Shown here one piece after another: positions 13,125-28,354 of a stretch of DNA of 64,000 nucleotides (within the stretch, counting starts at the first letter, position 1; the number at the start of each line of letters is the position of its first letter). The notes under the pieces were generated by a model that saw only the letters and a list, made by a program, of their open reading frames with translations, searched no databases and was not told where the DNA came from. Source of the DNA: Eledone cirrhosa (lineage: Eukaryota); the NCBI GenBank assembly GCA_964016885.1, contig OZ024747.1, positions 33,108,001-33,172,000 on the forward strand, given 5' to 3'. Both the position numbers and the translations under genes were made by a program.

Positions 13125-13310
13125 ATATCTAAATACATTTTTTCGAATTCCAACCCGCCCGTCTCCTCAATCTATTTTATTTCTCATTCTTTCTTCTGAT
13201 GAAGGATTAGAGTCCGAAACGTTAAGACCCTCTTCATGCTATATCAAGCGTTAACCTAATATATACCTTCCATATACTGTTCCGATTGTGTTGTTATTTC
13301 TGTTTAACTT
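13125..13310 (+). mobile_element. Solo pLTR of the Neptune-like PLE at 46010-49560
   Basis: Near-identical to the reverse complement of ~46020-46200; ends in (TA)n. Confidence 0.85.
13192..13227 (+). ncRNA. Minimal type I hammerhead ribozyme (dimer-type)
   Basis: TCTT CTGATGA a GGA-ttagag-TCC GAA ACGT T^AAGA: intact cores, palindromic ACGT stem III, stem I TCTT/AAGA. Confidence 0.85.
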
Positions 13311-13317
13311 GTATATA

Positions 13318-13357
<40 letters not shown>

Positions 13358-13361
13358 TATA

Positions 13362-13960
13362 TGTTGGAGCTACTGGTAACATGTATCCCAGTACAACCTG
13401 TCTCATGGTCGAGTCGTTGGCGACTAAACTGGCAACCCCACCAAGGTTTCTTGGTGAGGAGGGTGACTTTGGACATCCTGCAGGACTAAAACAAAACCTG
13501 TCAAAGGGCAAAGGAGCTCTTAAGAGTCAATTGTCATCCAAAATCACCGCGAGAGATGACCCCTTAGCCTTTGTCAAGGCAGAATTCTAGGAGAAGGAAA
13601 ACTCTGATATAACACCTGCAACCCTGATGGTATCCAATGATGTTGACTTGTTCTTCTTTTTGGTAAATATCATCTTGGTTAAGAGAGTGGGACTGGCTTT
13701 GTGCAGTGCCTTTGCTCACTATAAAAGCTTCACGGCACAGGCATTGCTTTATATCTGGAGATCTGTCTGCACTTGTCATCACATGGTACCATGGGCCCAG
13801 CACTATGTGTCAATAATTGTCACAAGTGTAGCGTTTGTACCTACCAGAGTTTTCAAGTCGCTGGCTGGACTAAAAATTCACACTCATTCAGCGCATCGGT
13901 AGGGGTTCTCCTACATATAAAGTAGTGGCCGTACCTCGAAAACGAGTTGGCAGCCACCAC
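13362..13960 (+). mobile_element. Unclassified (TA)n-embedded repeat with a terminal stem-loop
   Basis: A second, left-truncated copy at 45165-45572 has the same right end; a diverged right end is at ~1505-1544; all abut TA-rich microsatellite. Confidence 0.75.
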
Positions 13961-13974
13961 CATATATATATATA

Positions 13975-14054
<80 letters not shown>

Positions 14055-14229
14055 TGCATATACATGCATATACATGCATATATAAGTGGAGTGGGCCGAA
14101 TGTACAAAAGTATCTACCTTACCCAGCCAGATAGATTTTATCCTTACTAGATGACGATAGAGAGTGTAAACACTAAGTCCCTCCATCGTGAAGAATGCAC
14201 CTCCCAGCATAGCCCAATAGTTTATGACC

Positions 14230-16910
14230 TCATAGTCAGGACTAGACGTACTCGACAGCAGAGAACTTCCTCGAGGAGAAGAATATAGAAGTTGAAGGAC
14301 CCCACAGCCAGTAACATATTTAAAAGCATATTATGTGATGCCTTTGACAGTAAGGAAGAGCAATTAGAGACATGCAGTATAGAGGAACAGTGACAATTCC
14401 TGGAAGTTAACCTGCTGAAGGCAACAGATGAAATCTGTGGCTTGAGCAAACCTTTAGGCTGGAGGAGAGTAACTTGGTGGTGGAGCTGTAAGGTGGAGAT
14501 GACAATCAAGGCCAAGAAGCAGGCTTGGAAAGAATGGTGGAATGGGGCAAGTAGAGAAAACTATCAAGTGGTTAGGAAAGAAGCTAGGCGACAAGTGTAC
14601 ATTGCAAGAAGGGAATCAGAGGATAAAAAAGTTCAAGCATGTTCTAGAACCGAAGACGTGTGGTGTTCAGGATTGCAAGACAATGTGTCAAGGAAAACTG
14701 TGATATTGTCGTGGAGAAGTTTGTCTGTAATGATGATGGTGTACTTGCCCTCGGTGATACTGATAAGAAGGTAGCTTGGAAGTGTCATTATCAGAGACTA
14801 CTAAATGAAGAGAATGAATATGATAAAGATAGTCAGCCCCAAATCGATCCAATAGAGGGACCAGTTGTGTAAGTTAATGGTAGTATAATAAGTAAGGCAA
14901 TCAAAGATATAAAGTCAGACAAGGCAGCTGGGCCTTCAGAAATAGTTGCTGAGATGTTAAAAGCATCTGGAATGGTGGGACATAATATGGTCACCTGAGT
15001 AGTAAACCAAGTAATACAGAATGGGGTCATACCAAATGACTGGCTAGCAGCAGCATCATTAACTGCTACAAGGGTAAATGAGATGCTCTAGATAGGGGAA
15101 ACTATAGAGGCATTAAGTTAGTTGACCAGGTCATGAAAGTCACAGAAAGAGTTATTGCACAACTAATTAGAGACCAAATTGATCTAGATGAAATGAAGTT
15201 TGGGTTTGTGCCAGGTAAAGTACTGTCTTGCGTGTACAGCAACTACAGGAGAACTACCTAGCTAAAAGTAAACACCTCTACTTAGCTTTTGTTGACTTGG
15301 AGAAAGCCTTTGACAGAGTTTCCTGCTCCATTAACTGGTGGGCTCTTAGAAAACTAGGAGTAGATGAATGGCTTTTGAGAGCTATACAAGCCATGTATAG
15401 ACGAACAGTCAGCAAGGTTAGAATTAACAATGAATATAATGAAGAATTTAGCGTAAAAGTAGGTAATCATCAAGGCTATGTCCTTAGCCCCTCCTGTTTA
15501 TTATTGCCCTACCGGCTATAACAGAAGAGTTAAAGACCGGCTGCCCATGGGAACTTCTATATGCAGATGATCAAACTCTCATAGCTGAATCTATGGCTGA
15601 ACTAGTGAAGAATTTCCAAATACGGAAGCATGGCCCAGAATCAAAGGGCCTTAAAGTTAACTTGTCTAAGACTAAAGTTCTAGTATGTAGACGGGAAAAT
15701 AGGGCACATGTGCCGTCTCGGAAATGCTCATGCTCAGTGTCTAGGAAAGGAGTAGGCAGAAATTACATTCTATGCCCCAAATGCAAACTATGGGTACATT
15801 AAAGATGTAGTGGCATCACAGGTACGCTATCTAAGAACATATATTTTATATGTGGCCGATGCTCAGGTGCAGTAAGAAGAAAATCCCCACTGGATACTAG
15901 CTCCTTCTACTGCCCAGATGGTTCTATAGAAATGGTGGACACTTTCCATTACCTGGGTGACAAAATCAGCAGTGTTAGATGGTATCCTGACAGTACAGTA
16001 GGCAGAGTTAGAATGGGATGGAAAGAGTTCAGAGAGCTAATTGTTGGCCACAAAAGGTTTCTCTCTAAAAATGAAAGACAGATTGTATGATGGCTGTATA
16101 TGAACAGCAATGTTACATGGCAGTAAGACCTGAGCATTGTGTGCAGAAGACCTGTGCAGATTGGAAATGAAGGAAGCATACATGTTGGATGTGTAATAGT
16201 AATATACACAAACACCAAAACATAAACAAACTAAGTGAGAAGTTAGGAATAAGAGGGATCAGATGATGTTTACTTGGGAGGAGATTACGTTGGTATGGTC
16301 ATGTGATGCGAATGAAGGACAACAACTGTATAAAAACGTACAGGGTGATCGAAATTGATGGAAGTTATGGAGTATATAGACCCAGAAAAGCCTGGGACAA
16401 CATGATAAAAACTTACCTTGCACACTTGCACCTCTCTAAGACAATATGACTGGATCAAGACCTTTGGCGCTACATAGTAATACAGAAGACCCGCCTTCCG
16501 TTACGTACGAAGTTAAACCTATAGTCAGTAGGCACCTCTTAACCAAATATACACTCCAACCCGCTACCCCTACTCCATCCTTCCACTTCCACCCACACCA
16601 CTCTTACCCTGTAAAATTATGTTGGTATCACAGAACATCCAGTCCAACTGTAAAGTGGTCATATACGCGTCAGGACAAAAATCACGCAGTCCAAGCTGTA
16701 AAGAGGTTGTGTAGGAGGCACAGTAAAAAGGCTCTCAGTCCACACTGTAAATGTGTTTGGTGTTAGGAAGGGCATTCAACTATTAAAAAGCTGCCAGATA
16801 CAGTTCTATATGAGCGAGACATGGTCACCCGACCAATCTTGCTTCAAGTGAGAAAATCCCTTCTAACCTATGCTGCAGTGGAAGATGGACGTTACACGAT
16901 GATGATGATG

Positions 16911-16912
<2 letters not shown>
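14230..16912 (+). mobile_element. RTE-clade LINE, 5'-truncated, decayed
   Basis: RT motifs LYLAFVDLEKAFDRV, HQGxVLSP, PWELLYADD; Cys-rich insert; WYGHVMRM; 3' UTR with (GAT)n tail; many stops and frameshifts. Confidence 0.95.
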
Positions 16913-16964
<52 letters not shown>

Positions 16965-17069
16965 ATCATACATATATACTTAAATTCACACACACACATA
17001 TATATATATATTTTCGTCTAACCCATGCCAGCATGGAAACATGGACATTAAACGTTGATGATGATGATG

Positions 17070-17105
<36 letters not shown>

Positions 17106-17114
17106 GAATATATG

Positions 17115-17222
<108 letters not shown>

Positions 17223-17240
17223 CATATGTGTGTGTGTGTG

Positions 17241-17868
17241 TGTAATCTGAGTTTTATTAATAATTGTTTTTACTTTTGGCACAAAGCCAGCAAATAACCA
17301 GTGCATTACTGGTACATTATTTTATCGACCCCGTAAGGATGAAATGCAAAGTTAACCTCAGCGGGATTTGAACTAAGATCATAAAGGGAGGTAACTCTAT
17401 TCTTCAAAGCATGGCGTCCGACCCTCTACAAATACTGCCAATCCACCACCAAATATTAATAACAACATTCGATTCGTTTGCAATTATGCAAACATGCCTG
17501 AATTTTATAGCCATGTTAGTAGAATGAACCCTTCATTCTTGCTCTTGTGTTGGCATGTGAAGAGAACTGCAGACATTAATGTTTATTTATCGCTCGTATA
17601 CAGGAAACTGACTGGCCAGCCTACTAATATGCAAATCAGGCCAATCGGTCACTGTGTATTTTTGAAAATAGCATAGCAGGTGAACAGTGAGCTGTACTGA
17701 TGGAGGGTGATACCCAGAAACATTAGTGTTTGCAGTTCTGTTCACATGCCAACACAAGAGCAAGAATGAAGTGTTCATTCTACTGACATGGCTATAAACT
17801 TGAGCCTTGTTTGCATAATTGCAAACGAATCGAATGTTATAATTAATATTAAAAAAACTCAGATTACA
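17241..17868. mobile_element. MITE/foldback element with long TIRs; left TIR interrupted by a SINE
   Basis: 17452-17584 is the reverse complement of ~17718-17850; outer ends tgtaatctgagtttt / aaaactcagattaca. Confidence 0.8.
17262..17450 (-). mobile_element. tRNA-derived SINE family 1
   Basis: Minus strand: ggtggattggcagta (A box), gttcaaatcccgc (B box), tttcatccttacggggtcgataaaata domain, aacaatta tail. Confidence 0.9.
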
Positions 17869-17910
17869 TTTATTGTATTCAGCCATGTAGAACGAACATT
17901 TTCTTTTTAT

Positions 17911-18605
<695 letters not shown>

Positions 18606-19257
18606 TAAAGAGAATGAGGAACAAAGAGTAAAATAGATAGATATGCATGCGTTTGTTTATCTATGCATATATATATATATTCTCACAACTGCAAGCTTTC
18701 CTGATAAAAGACTGCAGGTCACCATCCTTTGACTTTTGTCTTCAAAGTGCCAAAGAGTCAACATCCAAGTTATGGCAAATTCAGTATGATTTTCATACAG
18801 AAGGTCTTATCTTTACTGAAATCAAGGTATATGCCATTAATTCATGGTTCAGATAAGACACCTCTCAGAATTCAGATGTATTGTTGGAGAAATTATGTCG
18901 AGAAAAATAATAAAATTTTCCAGCGTGGATATTGTGTTGGCATTAATTATTTAAAAAAAAATCTGTTTTCTCCAAATATTTCATTTTCCTTCTGCACATA
19001 TTTCATTCCCTAAGGATCGGAAATATTGATGTGAGTGAGAAAAGTTTAAGTTGCTTCCTAATGTTATATTCTAAATGATATATAGCAGAAATTATTTTTT
19101 CAGCCTTATCGGTTGCTGTCCAATGTTTAGATAAATAAAAGGGGAATTAGCAAAGTTGGTTTACAGAATAGAAGGTCTGGCTAAAATCCATAGGAGCTAT
19201 CAGCCGCTCTCTGGACTTTGGTCTTTCTATTTATCATTACTATATATATATATGTAT

Positions 19258-19857
19258 AAAGCATGAACGAATTGAGAGAGAGACTGAGCATAAGTGGAAT
19301 CAAATGCAGGAGAGGAGATTGGGTTGGTAAGGACATGTGATGCGTATGAAGGATGACAGCTGCATAAAAAGGTGCAAAACACTAGTAGTAGAGGGAAGAC
19401 ATGCAGTGGGGAGACCCAACAAGACCTGGGAAGAGGTTATAAAAGCCGACCTTACCCAAATGCACCTCTCAAATGCGATGACGCAGGACCATGACCTCAT
19501 GCAGTAATACAGAAGACCCGACTTCCCACAGGTACAAGCCGAAGCTGAAGCATATAGACAATATGTCTCCACCCCCTCCAACTGTAAATTGGTTGTGGAG
19601 GTGCCACGGCAAAAAAGCACCCAGCCCACACTGTAAAGTGGTCGTGGATGTGCCACAGAAAAAAAAGCACCCAGCACTCACTGTAAATGAGGTTGGTGTA
19701 AGGAAGGCATCCAGCTGTAGAAATCAAGCCAGAATCAGTTCCCGTATGAGCAAGACAAGATCAGCCGACCAGGGGCACTCCCCACAACAGGACAACCAGT
19801 CTAACCGATGCTAACGTGCAAGAACGGACGTAAAACGGTGATGATGATGATGATGAT
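19258..19857 (+). mobile_element. RTE LINE 3' fragment
   Basis: GHVMRMKDDSCIKRC...GRPNKTWEEVIKADL, 3' UTR and (GAT)n tail shared with the 28575 and 51020 copies. Confidence 0.9.
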
Positions 19858-19959
19858 ATATATATGTATATATATATCTGTATATATATGTATGTATATA
19901 TATGTATATATATATATGAATATATATATATAAATAGATAAATATACACGAGTGTGTAT

Positions 19960-21100
19960 GATTGTGTATAGATGATTATATTAATAAAAGGAATTCCAAC
20001 TTTGTCTGATTTACTCGTTTTATTTACAATCCTTTAAAATTATAATGATATTATAATGAAATAGTATGGTAGAATATTAAGTGTTAATTGAACAAGTACT
20101 TTCATGCTTTTGCAATCTTCAGGTTCATATTCTGTGGTGACAGTCAAGTTTGCAATTTTCAACTGTAATGAGATGGGTAAATTCTGTGCCTTATATACAG
20201 TAAAAAGGGGCTACAGAATGCTAAGTTTTGCAAACTGTATTTCGACCAAACGGTGTGTAGTTTCACTAGATTACTAAAGCTGATTGGTTTAGGTGTCACG
20301 GTTGGTTGAGCATGTCTAACGACTACTAATTGACCCTATCCAAAGCATCAATTGTTTTGCTATTTTTAGAAATAATGAAAATGGCATTTTCTAGGGTTTT
20401 TATAAAAAGTCTTCAGTAATCATCACCATCAACATCACTTTTATTATTATTGTTGTTGTTGTTGTTGTTGTTGTTAGTGGTGGTAGTCAACATGGTCGTA
20501 GGCGTAGTCATAGTAGGTATAATACCTCTAAGCATTATTATTGTTCATTTAGCTTGGGTTGGAATTTATCAATAAAATTCTTTTCTTTAATGTTTCTCTT
20601 GATTTCACTTGGGCTGTGTAATTTGTAGAATGGAAATATAAATATTTTCTGACCACATGTTGCTAGATGGTTACTCGGGTATTTGACGGACATTTGGGTC
20701 TCTGATTTCCTGTCGGTGCATCCGTGCACGTTCCGATAGTGCATTTCCAGTTTGACCGACATATAGTTCTTCACAATTCGGGCATTTAATGCAGTAAATT
20801 AGATTTCTGCTTTTGCAGTTCATATTTGCATTTGGGAATATTTCTCCAGATTTTGTGTTCATATATTGGCCAGTGTGTATGGATTGACATGTGCCACATC
20901 GACTATCATTGCATTTAGATACAGCGAATGATCGGTCTTTGTTTTTAAGGTCAAACTTTGCCTTTATTAGTAATTGCTTCACATTTTTCGGCTGTCTTTT
21001 ACTGAGAGTCAAAGATCGGTCTGTGATTAAACATTTTTATTCATTACTTTGAACAATGATTGGTAGCTTTAATTTGGCAGTGTTGAAGATATTCTGGTGA
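19960..21100 (-). mobile_element. Penelope-like element (Neptune-like) 3' fragment
   Basis: RQPKNVKQLL, C-x4-C-x2-C linker, LIYCIKCPNC-x-YVGQTG GIY-YIG (ORF 20671-21012), FIDKFQPKLN end, downstream HHR. Confidence 0.85.
20089..20127 (-). ncRNA. Minimal type I hammerhead ribozyme
   Basis: TGAAC CTGAAGA t TGC-aaaa-GCA t GAA AGTACT T^GTTCA: perfect stem I, palindromic AGTACT stem III. Confidence 0.8.
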
Positions 21101-21154
21101 CATATATATATACATACATATATTCATATGAATATATGTATGTGTTTATATATA

Positions 21155-21978
21155 TATAACGAAGGAATTGTGGTAAGGAACCAGATGGACCATAACGCAT
21201 GAGGGTACTCAATACTTAGGGCAGTAGAGTGGGTAATAGGAAACAGTATGACCCCCGACGGCAGAGCTCAAGCCGTTTCGACGGCTATTTCTGGACTAAA
21301 TTAGAATTTTTAGCCTGATAAATAAATAGCCGAACTTGTCAGGGGGTACTTCCTTATATGGGAAGATTGTAGTTGTCAAGAGGATTGGTCAAAATTTGTT
21401 GTAAACACAAATAAGTCTGTCATGGCATTTGGTGGGAGGTAGGGGTAGCTGAACTTGACTGTAGAACAATGAGTGAGTGTAGCCGGTCAAGCGTTGAAAG
21501 TGAAATCTATACAGCAGATTCTAAGGATAGTGTTTGAAAATTCGAAAAATTGTTCTGGAGGAAATGGAGGAGGGAAGTTATAGAATAGTCTTTTATTGTC
21601 TCATGCTCTCATTTGACTTACCTATTCTATAACCTCCCTCCTCCATTTTCTCCAGAACTATTTTCGATTTTCATACACTATCCTTAGAATCTGCTGTATA
21701 GATTTCACTTTCAGCGCTTGACTGGCTCCACTCACTCTGTCATTGTTCTACAGGCAAGTTCAGCCACCCCTACCTCCCACCAAATGCCATGACAGACTCA
21801 TTTGTGTTTACAAGAAATTTTGACCAATCCTCTTGACAACTACAATCTTCCCATATAAAGAAGTACCCCTTGACAAATTCGGCTATTTATTTACCAGGCT
21901 AAAAAATTCTAATTTAGTCCAGAAATACCGGTCGATACGGCTTGAGGTCTCTCGTCGGGGGTCATACTTTTTCCTATA
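21155..21978. mobile_element. Head-to-head (palindromic) pair of PLE pLTRs without ORF
   Basis: ~21236-21588 is the reverse complement of ~21622-21978; same family as the 3' pLTR at 24205-24545. Confidence 0.9.
21251..21347 (-). ncRNA. Hammerhead ribozyme with A8 core variant and long stem II
   Basis: ACCCC CTGACAA g-tt-CGGCTATTT...AAATAGCCG-t-c GAA ACGGC-ttgagctct-GCCGT C^GGGGGT. Sister copies: 21865-21962 (+, core TTGACAA) and 24222-24317 (-, core TTCAAAA). Confidence 0.75.
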
Positions 21979-21984
21979 TATATA

Positions 21985-22362
21985 TCATCATCATCATTTT
22001 ACGTCCGCTTTTCCCTGCTTTCAAGGGTGGGACAGGAAATGATTCTGGCTTGATTTCTACAGTTGGATGCCCTTCCTAACCTCATTCACAGTGAGTGGTG
22101 GGTGCTTTTTTCCGTGGCACCTCCACGTCCACTTTACAGTGTGGGCTGGGTGCCTTTTGCCGTGGCACCCCGACGACCACTTTACAGTGTAATGATAGGC
22201 ATCCCAGTCCTATCATCTCATATCTACAGCTAAAGAGTAAATTCGAGCAATGTGAAATAAAGTGTCTTGCTCAAGGAAACAACAGATCACCAGTCGTAGA
22301 ATTGAACTCACAACCTTTCGATTGCAAGCCCAATGCTATAACCACTAAGCCATGTGCCTCCA
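21985..22362 (-). mobile_element. tRNA-derived SINE family 2 with RTE tail
   Basis: Reverse complement of the 9552-9889 element. Confidence 0.85.
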
Positions 22363-22367
22363 TGGCT

Positions 22368-22437
<70 letters not shown>

Positions 22438-22441
<4 letters not shown>

Positions 22442-22574
22442 CAGAAATATCAATCCAAACGGCTTGAGCTCTGCCGCCGGGGTCATACATTTCCCTATTA
22501 CCCACTCTACTACCGTAAGTATTGAGTAGTCTGGTGCGTTATGGACCACCTGGTTCCTTAGCTCAACTCCTTCG

Positions 22575-22580
<6 letters not shown>
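22438..22580 (+). mobile_element. pLTR tail fragment of the 24205 PLE family in (TA)n
   Basis: 3' half of the HHR plus tail (ctattacccactctactac...ttcgtta). A tail-only copy is at ~60685-60767. Confidence 0.8.
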
Positions 22581-22608
<28 letters not shown>

Positions 22609-22654
22609 CGTTATATATATATATGTAAACTTCTAAATTATATATATATATATA

Positions 22655-23724
<1,070 letters not shown>

Positions 23725-23726
23725 AT

Positions 23727-23822
<96 letters not shown>

Positions 23823-23825
23823 GTG

Positions 23826-24194
<369 letters not shown>

Positions 24195-24204
24195 ATATGT
24201 ATAT

Positions 24205-26964
24205 ATATAGGAAAATGTATGACCCCGACGGCAGAGCTCAAGCTGTTTCGACGGTTATTTCTGGACTAAATTAGAATTTTTATCCTGGTAAATAAATAAC
24301 TGAACTTTTGAAGGGGTACTTCCTTATATGGGAAGATTGTAGTTGTGAAGGGGATTGGTCAAAATTTGATGTAAACACAATTAAGTCTATCATGGCAGTG
24401 GGTGGGAGGTGGTGATGGCTGAACTTGCCTGTAGAGCAATAAGGGAGTGGGTGGCGCCAGCGTTGAAAGTGAAATCTATGCAGTAAATTCTAAGGATTGT
24501 GTATGAAAGTAGGCCAGAGAAAGTAGACGAAAAAGGGTTCTGGAGAAAATTGAGATTAGGAGACAATAAATAAATAAGGGAAAGAAATATAAAATGGTAA
24601 AATTGGATTGTAAGAAGTGATAAAAAACAAAAACTGTTGAGTCTAAAACAGCTGCTATATTTAGTTGGTGTTGCTTTTTCTGCCAATGCTATAGAATAGG
24701 TTAATAAGTTGGGAATAGAAGACACTAAATAAGAATTTTTGAAATTATAGAATTGGGTTGTAAAAAGTAATACAAAATCTCTGGGGTCTCACACAGCTGC
24801 TATGATTAGTTAGTATTGCGTTTTCGGCCAATGCTATCTTTAATTTACTGGGTGGAGGTACTGAGGCTGCAGAGACCCGATGGGCTGCCTCGGGTAGGCG
24901 AAAGGGAAACAAGGAAGAGAAAGAAGATCGGGGGTGGAAGGAAGTGGTAGGAGGAGACAAAGGAAGAAGAAAACAGAGAGGAAAAGAAGTACATCTACCT
25001 ATGTAAGCTGAGGTTTCCCCTATCTTATTCGGCAAGTGGGATGTTTCAGCCATTGTCTACCCACCCGGATCGTTAGGGTAGGGTGTTTGAGGGCGAGGTA
25101 AGTCCTACGCAATCGGTGTTTGCATGCAGTTACCAGTTCGTCTTTATTGTTTAGGGGTTGGTCCTTCGTAAACAGCATTTGTAACTTATCCTCCGAGCAT
25201 AAGTTACACGGACGGCGTCCACCCGTGGAGGAATTGGCTCTGGACAGCAATCTCCAAGTAAGATTGTATGTTATGTTATTATCTTGGAGGTCCCAGATGT
25301 GGCCCGAAAGTGTAGTGGCATGCCGCCGGACCGGGTTTCGGAACATATGTCGGTGTTGGTAGAGCCGGGTCTTAAAGTCATAAGCGGTTAATACTATATA
25401 AGCTTTGTTGGAGGTGTCCGTCCTCACGTTGAATGGTAGATCACGTTACGTTCTCGGCATCTGTTGTTGAGGGGGCTCGTAAATCTATCAGGACAGTTAC
25501 ACTTCCTGGTCGGCTCTCTAGGTTGTTTCTTCCATAGGGGTTGAGTTTTTTTGTTGTTTGAGGAGATGATGTTTTGTACGAAGTTAGGTGTGGTGCTATA
25601 GGAGAGTTTGATAGTGTTTTTGTTGATTATGTTTCAGTAGCGGTGTTGTGGTGGGAAGTGGTATTCGAGAGCCTAAAGAAGATTTTCCCGATAGGTGTTG
25701 CCACCTCGGCATTGTGGGGAGGATTGAACCACGTTACGTGGCGTGAGCGGCGGCGTTGCCTGCTGGTTCTGCTAAGGGAAGCTGGATAAAAGGATATTTC
25801 CTCCCGGAAGCCGCTTCGCTTGAGGGCCTGGTTGTAATGAGGTGCATGTTCGTCGAATATCTGCTCAATAGCGAACAAACGAGATATGCGGAGGGAGATG
25901 TTTTTTACCCAGATTATTGGTGATGTTTCTAGGATGGTTAGAGCGGCGGCGGATGTAGTGCAGGTTGTCGTTTGGTTTCCTGTATGGGTAGTACAGATCA
26001 CTTTCGAGATTGAGTGTAACGTCCAGGAAGTTGACTCGGGTTAGGGACGTTTGTAGTGTGATTTTATATCCCCAGTCCCGGAAGAAGCTAATTAGTTGTT
26101 TACGGAGCCGGTCTGTACTACTGGGGTTGTACCCTTTGAGGGTAAGGAACCCATCGTATTGGTACAATCCACCGCCGAATGCAGGAAACATTTCGGTGAG
26201 TTTAAATAGTAGGAATAGTTCTATAAGATCGGTGACGTCGGCCGAATTGGTCGCGCCGATACTGACGTCGAAGAGGGAGTCGGGAGCTCTCTTTATCCAC
26301 TTGGAGTTGTCGAAAAGTAGGACTGTCTTCCTGGCGTGGAGAATGATAATTTTCTCCTGGTCTGTGATGGGTGTGAGTGATTTGGCAAAGTCCAAAGCGG
26401 CCGTAAGTAGCAGTAAGGTAATAGATGCATTTTGTGTCCCGTTTGTCCTCAATATTTCTGAACCATGAGATTACTTCTTGGATGCTGACCCATAGGCTAA
26501 GTCTCGCGTTTTGCTTAACTTTTGGTATAACGCGGTCTACGATCTTTTTACTGATTCTCCCTATGTCCGACTTCATCGGGTTTAAAAGCCTCATGGATGG
26601 TTTGCGGTCGAAGTCGGATTTGTGGTCCTACAGTGTGAAGTAGGGAGTCCATGGGTTAAGGGGTTTAGTGCAGTCGGCGACTGCGAGGCTGGAGGTAATT
26701 TGTTGTCCATCTAGATTTATGTCCGCGATAATTGAATGGTTAGCCTTTTTCTAGGTGGATTTCCGGCTGCTCGTTATCAGCGTGTGGTATCTGTCAGGAC
26801 TGACGAAATAGAGGTTTCCAGTTTTGTCCGAGTGCACCAGGATGTCGTTGGTGCTTTCATACTCCGTTATTTTGCTATGGAGTTGTTGTAGGAATCTGTT
26901 GTATCTGGGGTCATACATTTTCCTATTACCCACTCTACTACCCTAAGTATTGAGTACTCCTACG

Positions 26965-26968
<4 letters not shown>
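24205..26968 (-). mobile_element. Penelope-like retroelement (group A), decayed, with 3' pLTR and inverted 5' tail
   Basis: SDKTGNLY, RLLNPMKSDIGRISK, FDVSIGA-SADVTDL, GGLYQYD (degenerate YRDD), VNFLDVTLNL, VTWFNPP, GIY-YIG with CNLC/CKH; pLTR 24205-24545. Confidence 0.92.
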
Positions 26969-27014
<46 letters not shown>

Positions 27015-27016
<2 letters not shown>

Positions 27017-28318
27017 ATAATAATAAATTTGAAGACTAAAATCCAAAGAGGGCTCGATAAGGATGAATATATATCAAATATATAAGAACCCTAGAACAAA
27101 TATTTATTAAAATAACAGATTGCAGTTTAAGTAAAGAATCGCTGCTTTCCCCTTAACGGGATCTTCTGAAACTAAAAAATCAATCTGTGAACGCAGAAGT
27201 AAATATTTCGAAAAACGTGGCAACCGAAGGAAAACAGGAAGATGGCACTTTGGTTCGTGGAGAAAAATCCCTGGCAAAGAACAGGAAAAAAGCGAAGATA
27301 ATATGTCATTATTTGGAGCGGTGAGAACAATTACGCGCAAAGACAAACCCACGTTTATGGTATAAATGATCGTAGAGTAATATGTCTGTGGAGACATTCC
27401 CTGGCAATGAACGGGAAAAAAGCGAAGATAATACGTCATTCTATGGAGCAGTGAGAACAATTACACGCAAAGACAAAATCCCGTTTATGGTATAACTGAA
27501 GTCGTAGACTAAAATTCTATTTAGGAAACCGGATGATTCTCGGCTTCAGAGTTAAGATTAATGTAAATAAATTACAGAGGTTATTGAAATCAACAATAAT
27601 TAAATATATACATGCACGCATCCATATACGTACATACACATGCATACGCGAAAACACCCGCCATTGGTATGCATATAAAAGCACGTACACAAAAACACAC
27701 GCACACATACAAAAACCCGCGCAACACCTGTACCAGCACATATACGAACGTATACAACAAATACACATAAACATATATAAAAAAATATGTATATATGTGT
27801 GTGTGTGTGTGAGTGAATACATATAATTATATAAAGGTATATAAATATACACACATAAATACGTATATAACGCGCACACACACATACCTACAGGTAAATA
27901 CACATATGTTCGCTAAACGTACGTCAACCAAAACAGAAATTACACATATACACACCCTACAAACGTGCAAACGCGCATATACACACAAACGCAAAATACA
28001 CGTATACGCATAACCATATACACATATAGCAGTATATATAATATATACACCTATAACAAATACGAGCAAATATACGTACGAGAAAGTATACGTACGTTCA
28101 CAAAACATACAGGTAATATATACTTACCTATACAAATAAGTAATGGTATAAACATAAAATATACTTAGCTACGACGTCAAGACGTAAATTATCCGCGTAT
28201 TGTTCGTACTCTCCATTAGGGTATAATGTGGGGCTGTAATACAGGAAAGTTTTATGCAATTTATGTTTACAAGCCGAAATTGAATCAGCTTTTTTGTTTA
28301 AGATGTGGTCAGTGGTGT
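27015..28318 (-). mobile_element. Penelope-like element 3' fragment with long low-complexity 3' UTR
   Basis: HILNKKADSISACKHK (ORF 28128-28340) matches the LLNxRxxLxxxCxH end of the group A endonucleases; internal tandem duplication ~27285-27510; decayed HHR near the end. Confidence 0.65.
27124..27173 (-). ncRNA. Decayed hammerhead ribozyme motif
   Basis: AGTTT CAGAAGA t CCC-gttaa-GGG GAA AG...CT T^AAACT; U4 is replaced by A, while stems I and II are intact. Confidence 0.6.
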
Positions 28319-28320
28319 AT

Positions 28321-28354
<34 letters not shown>

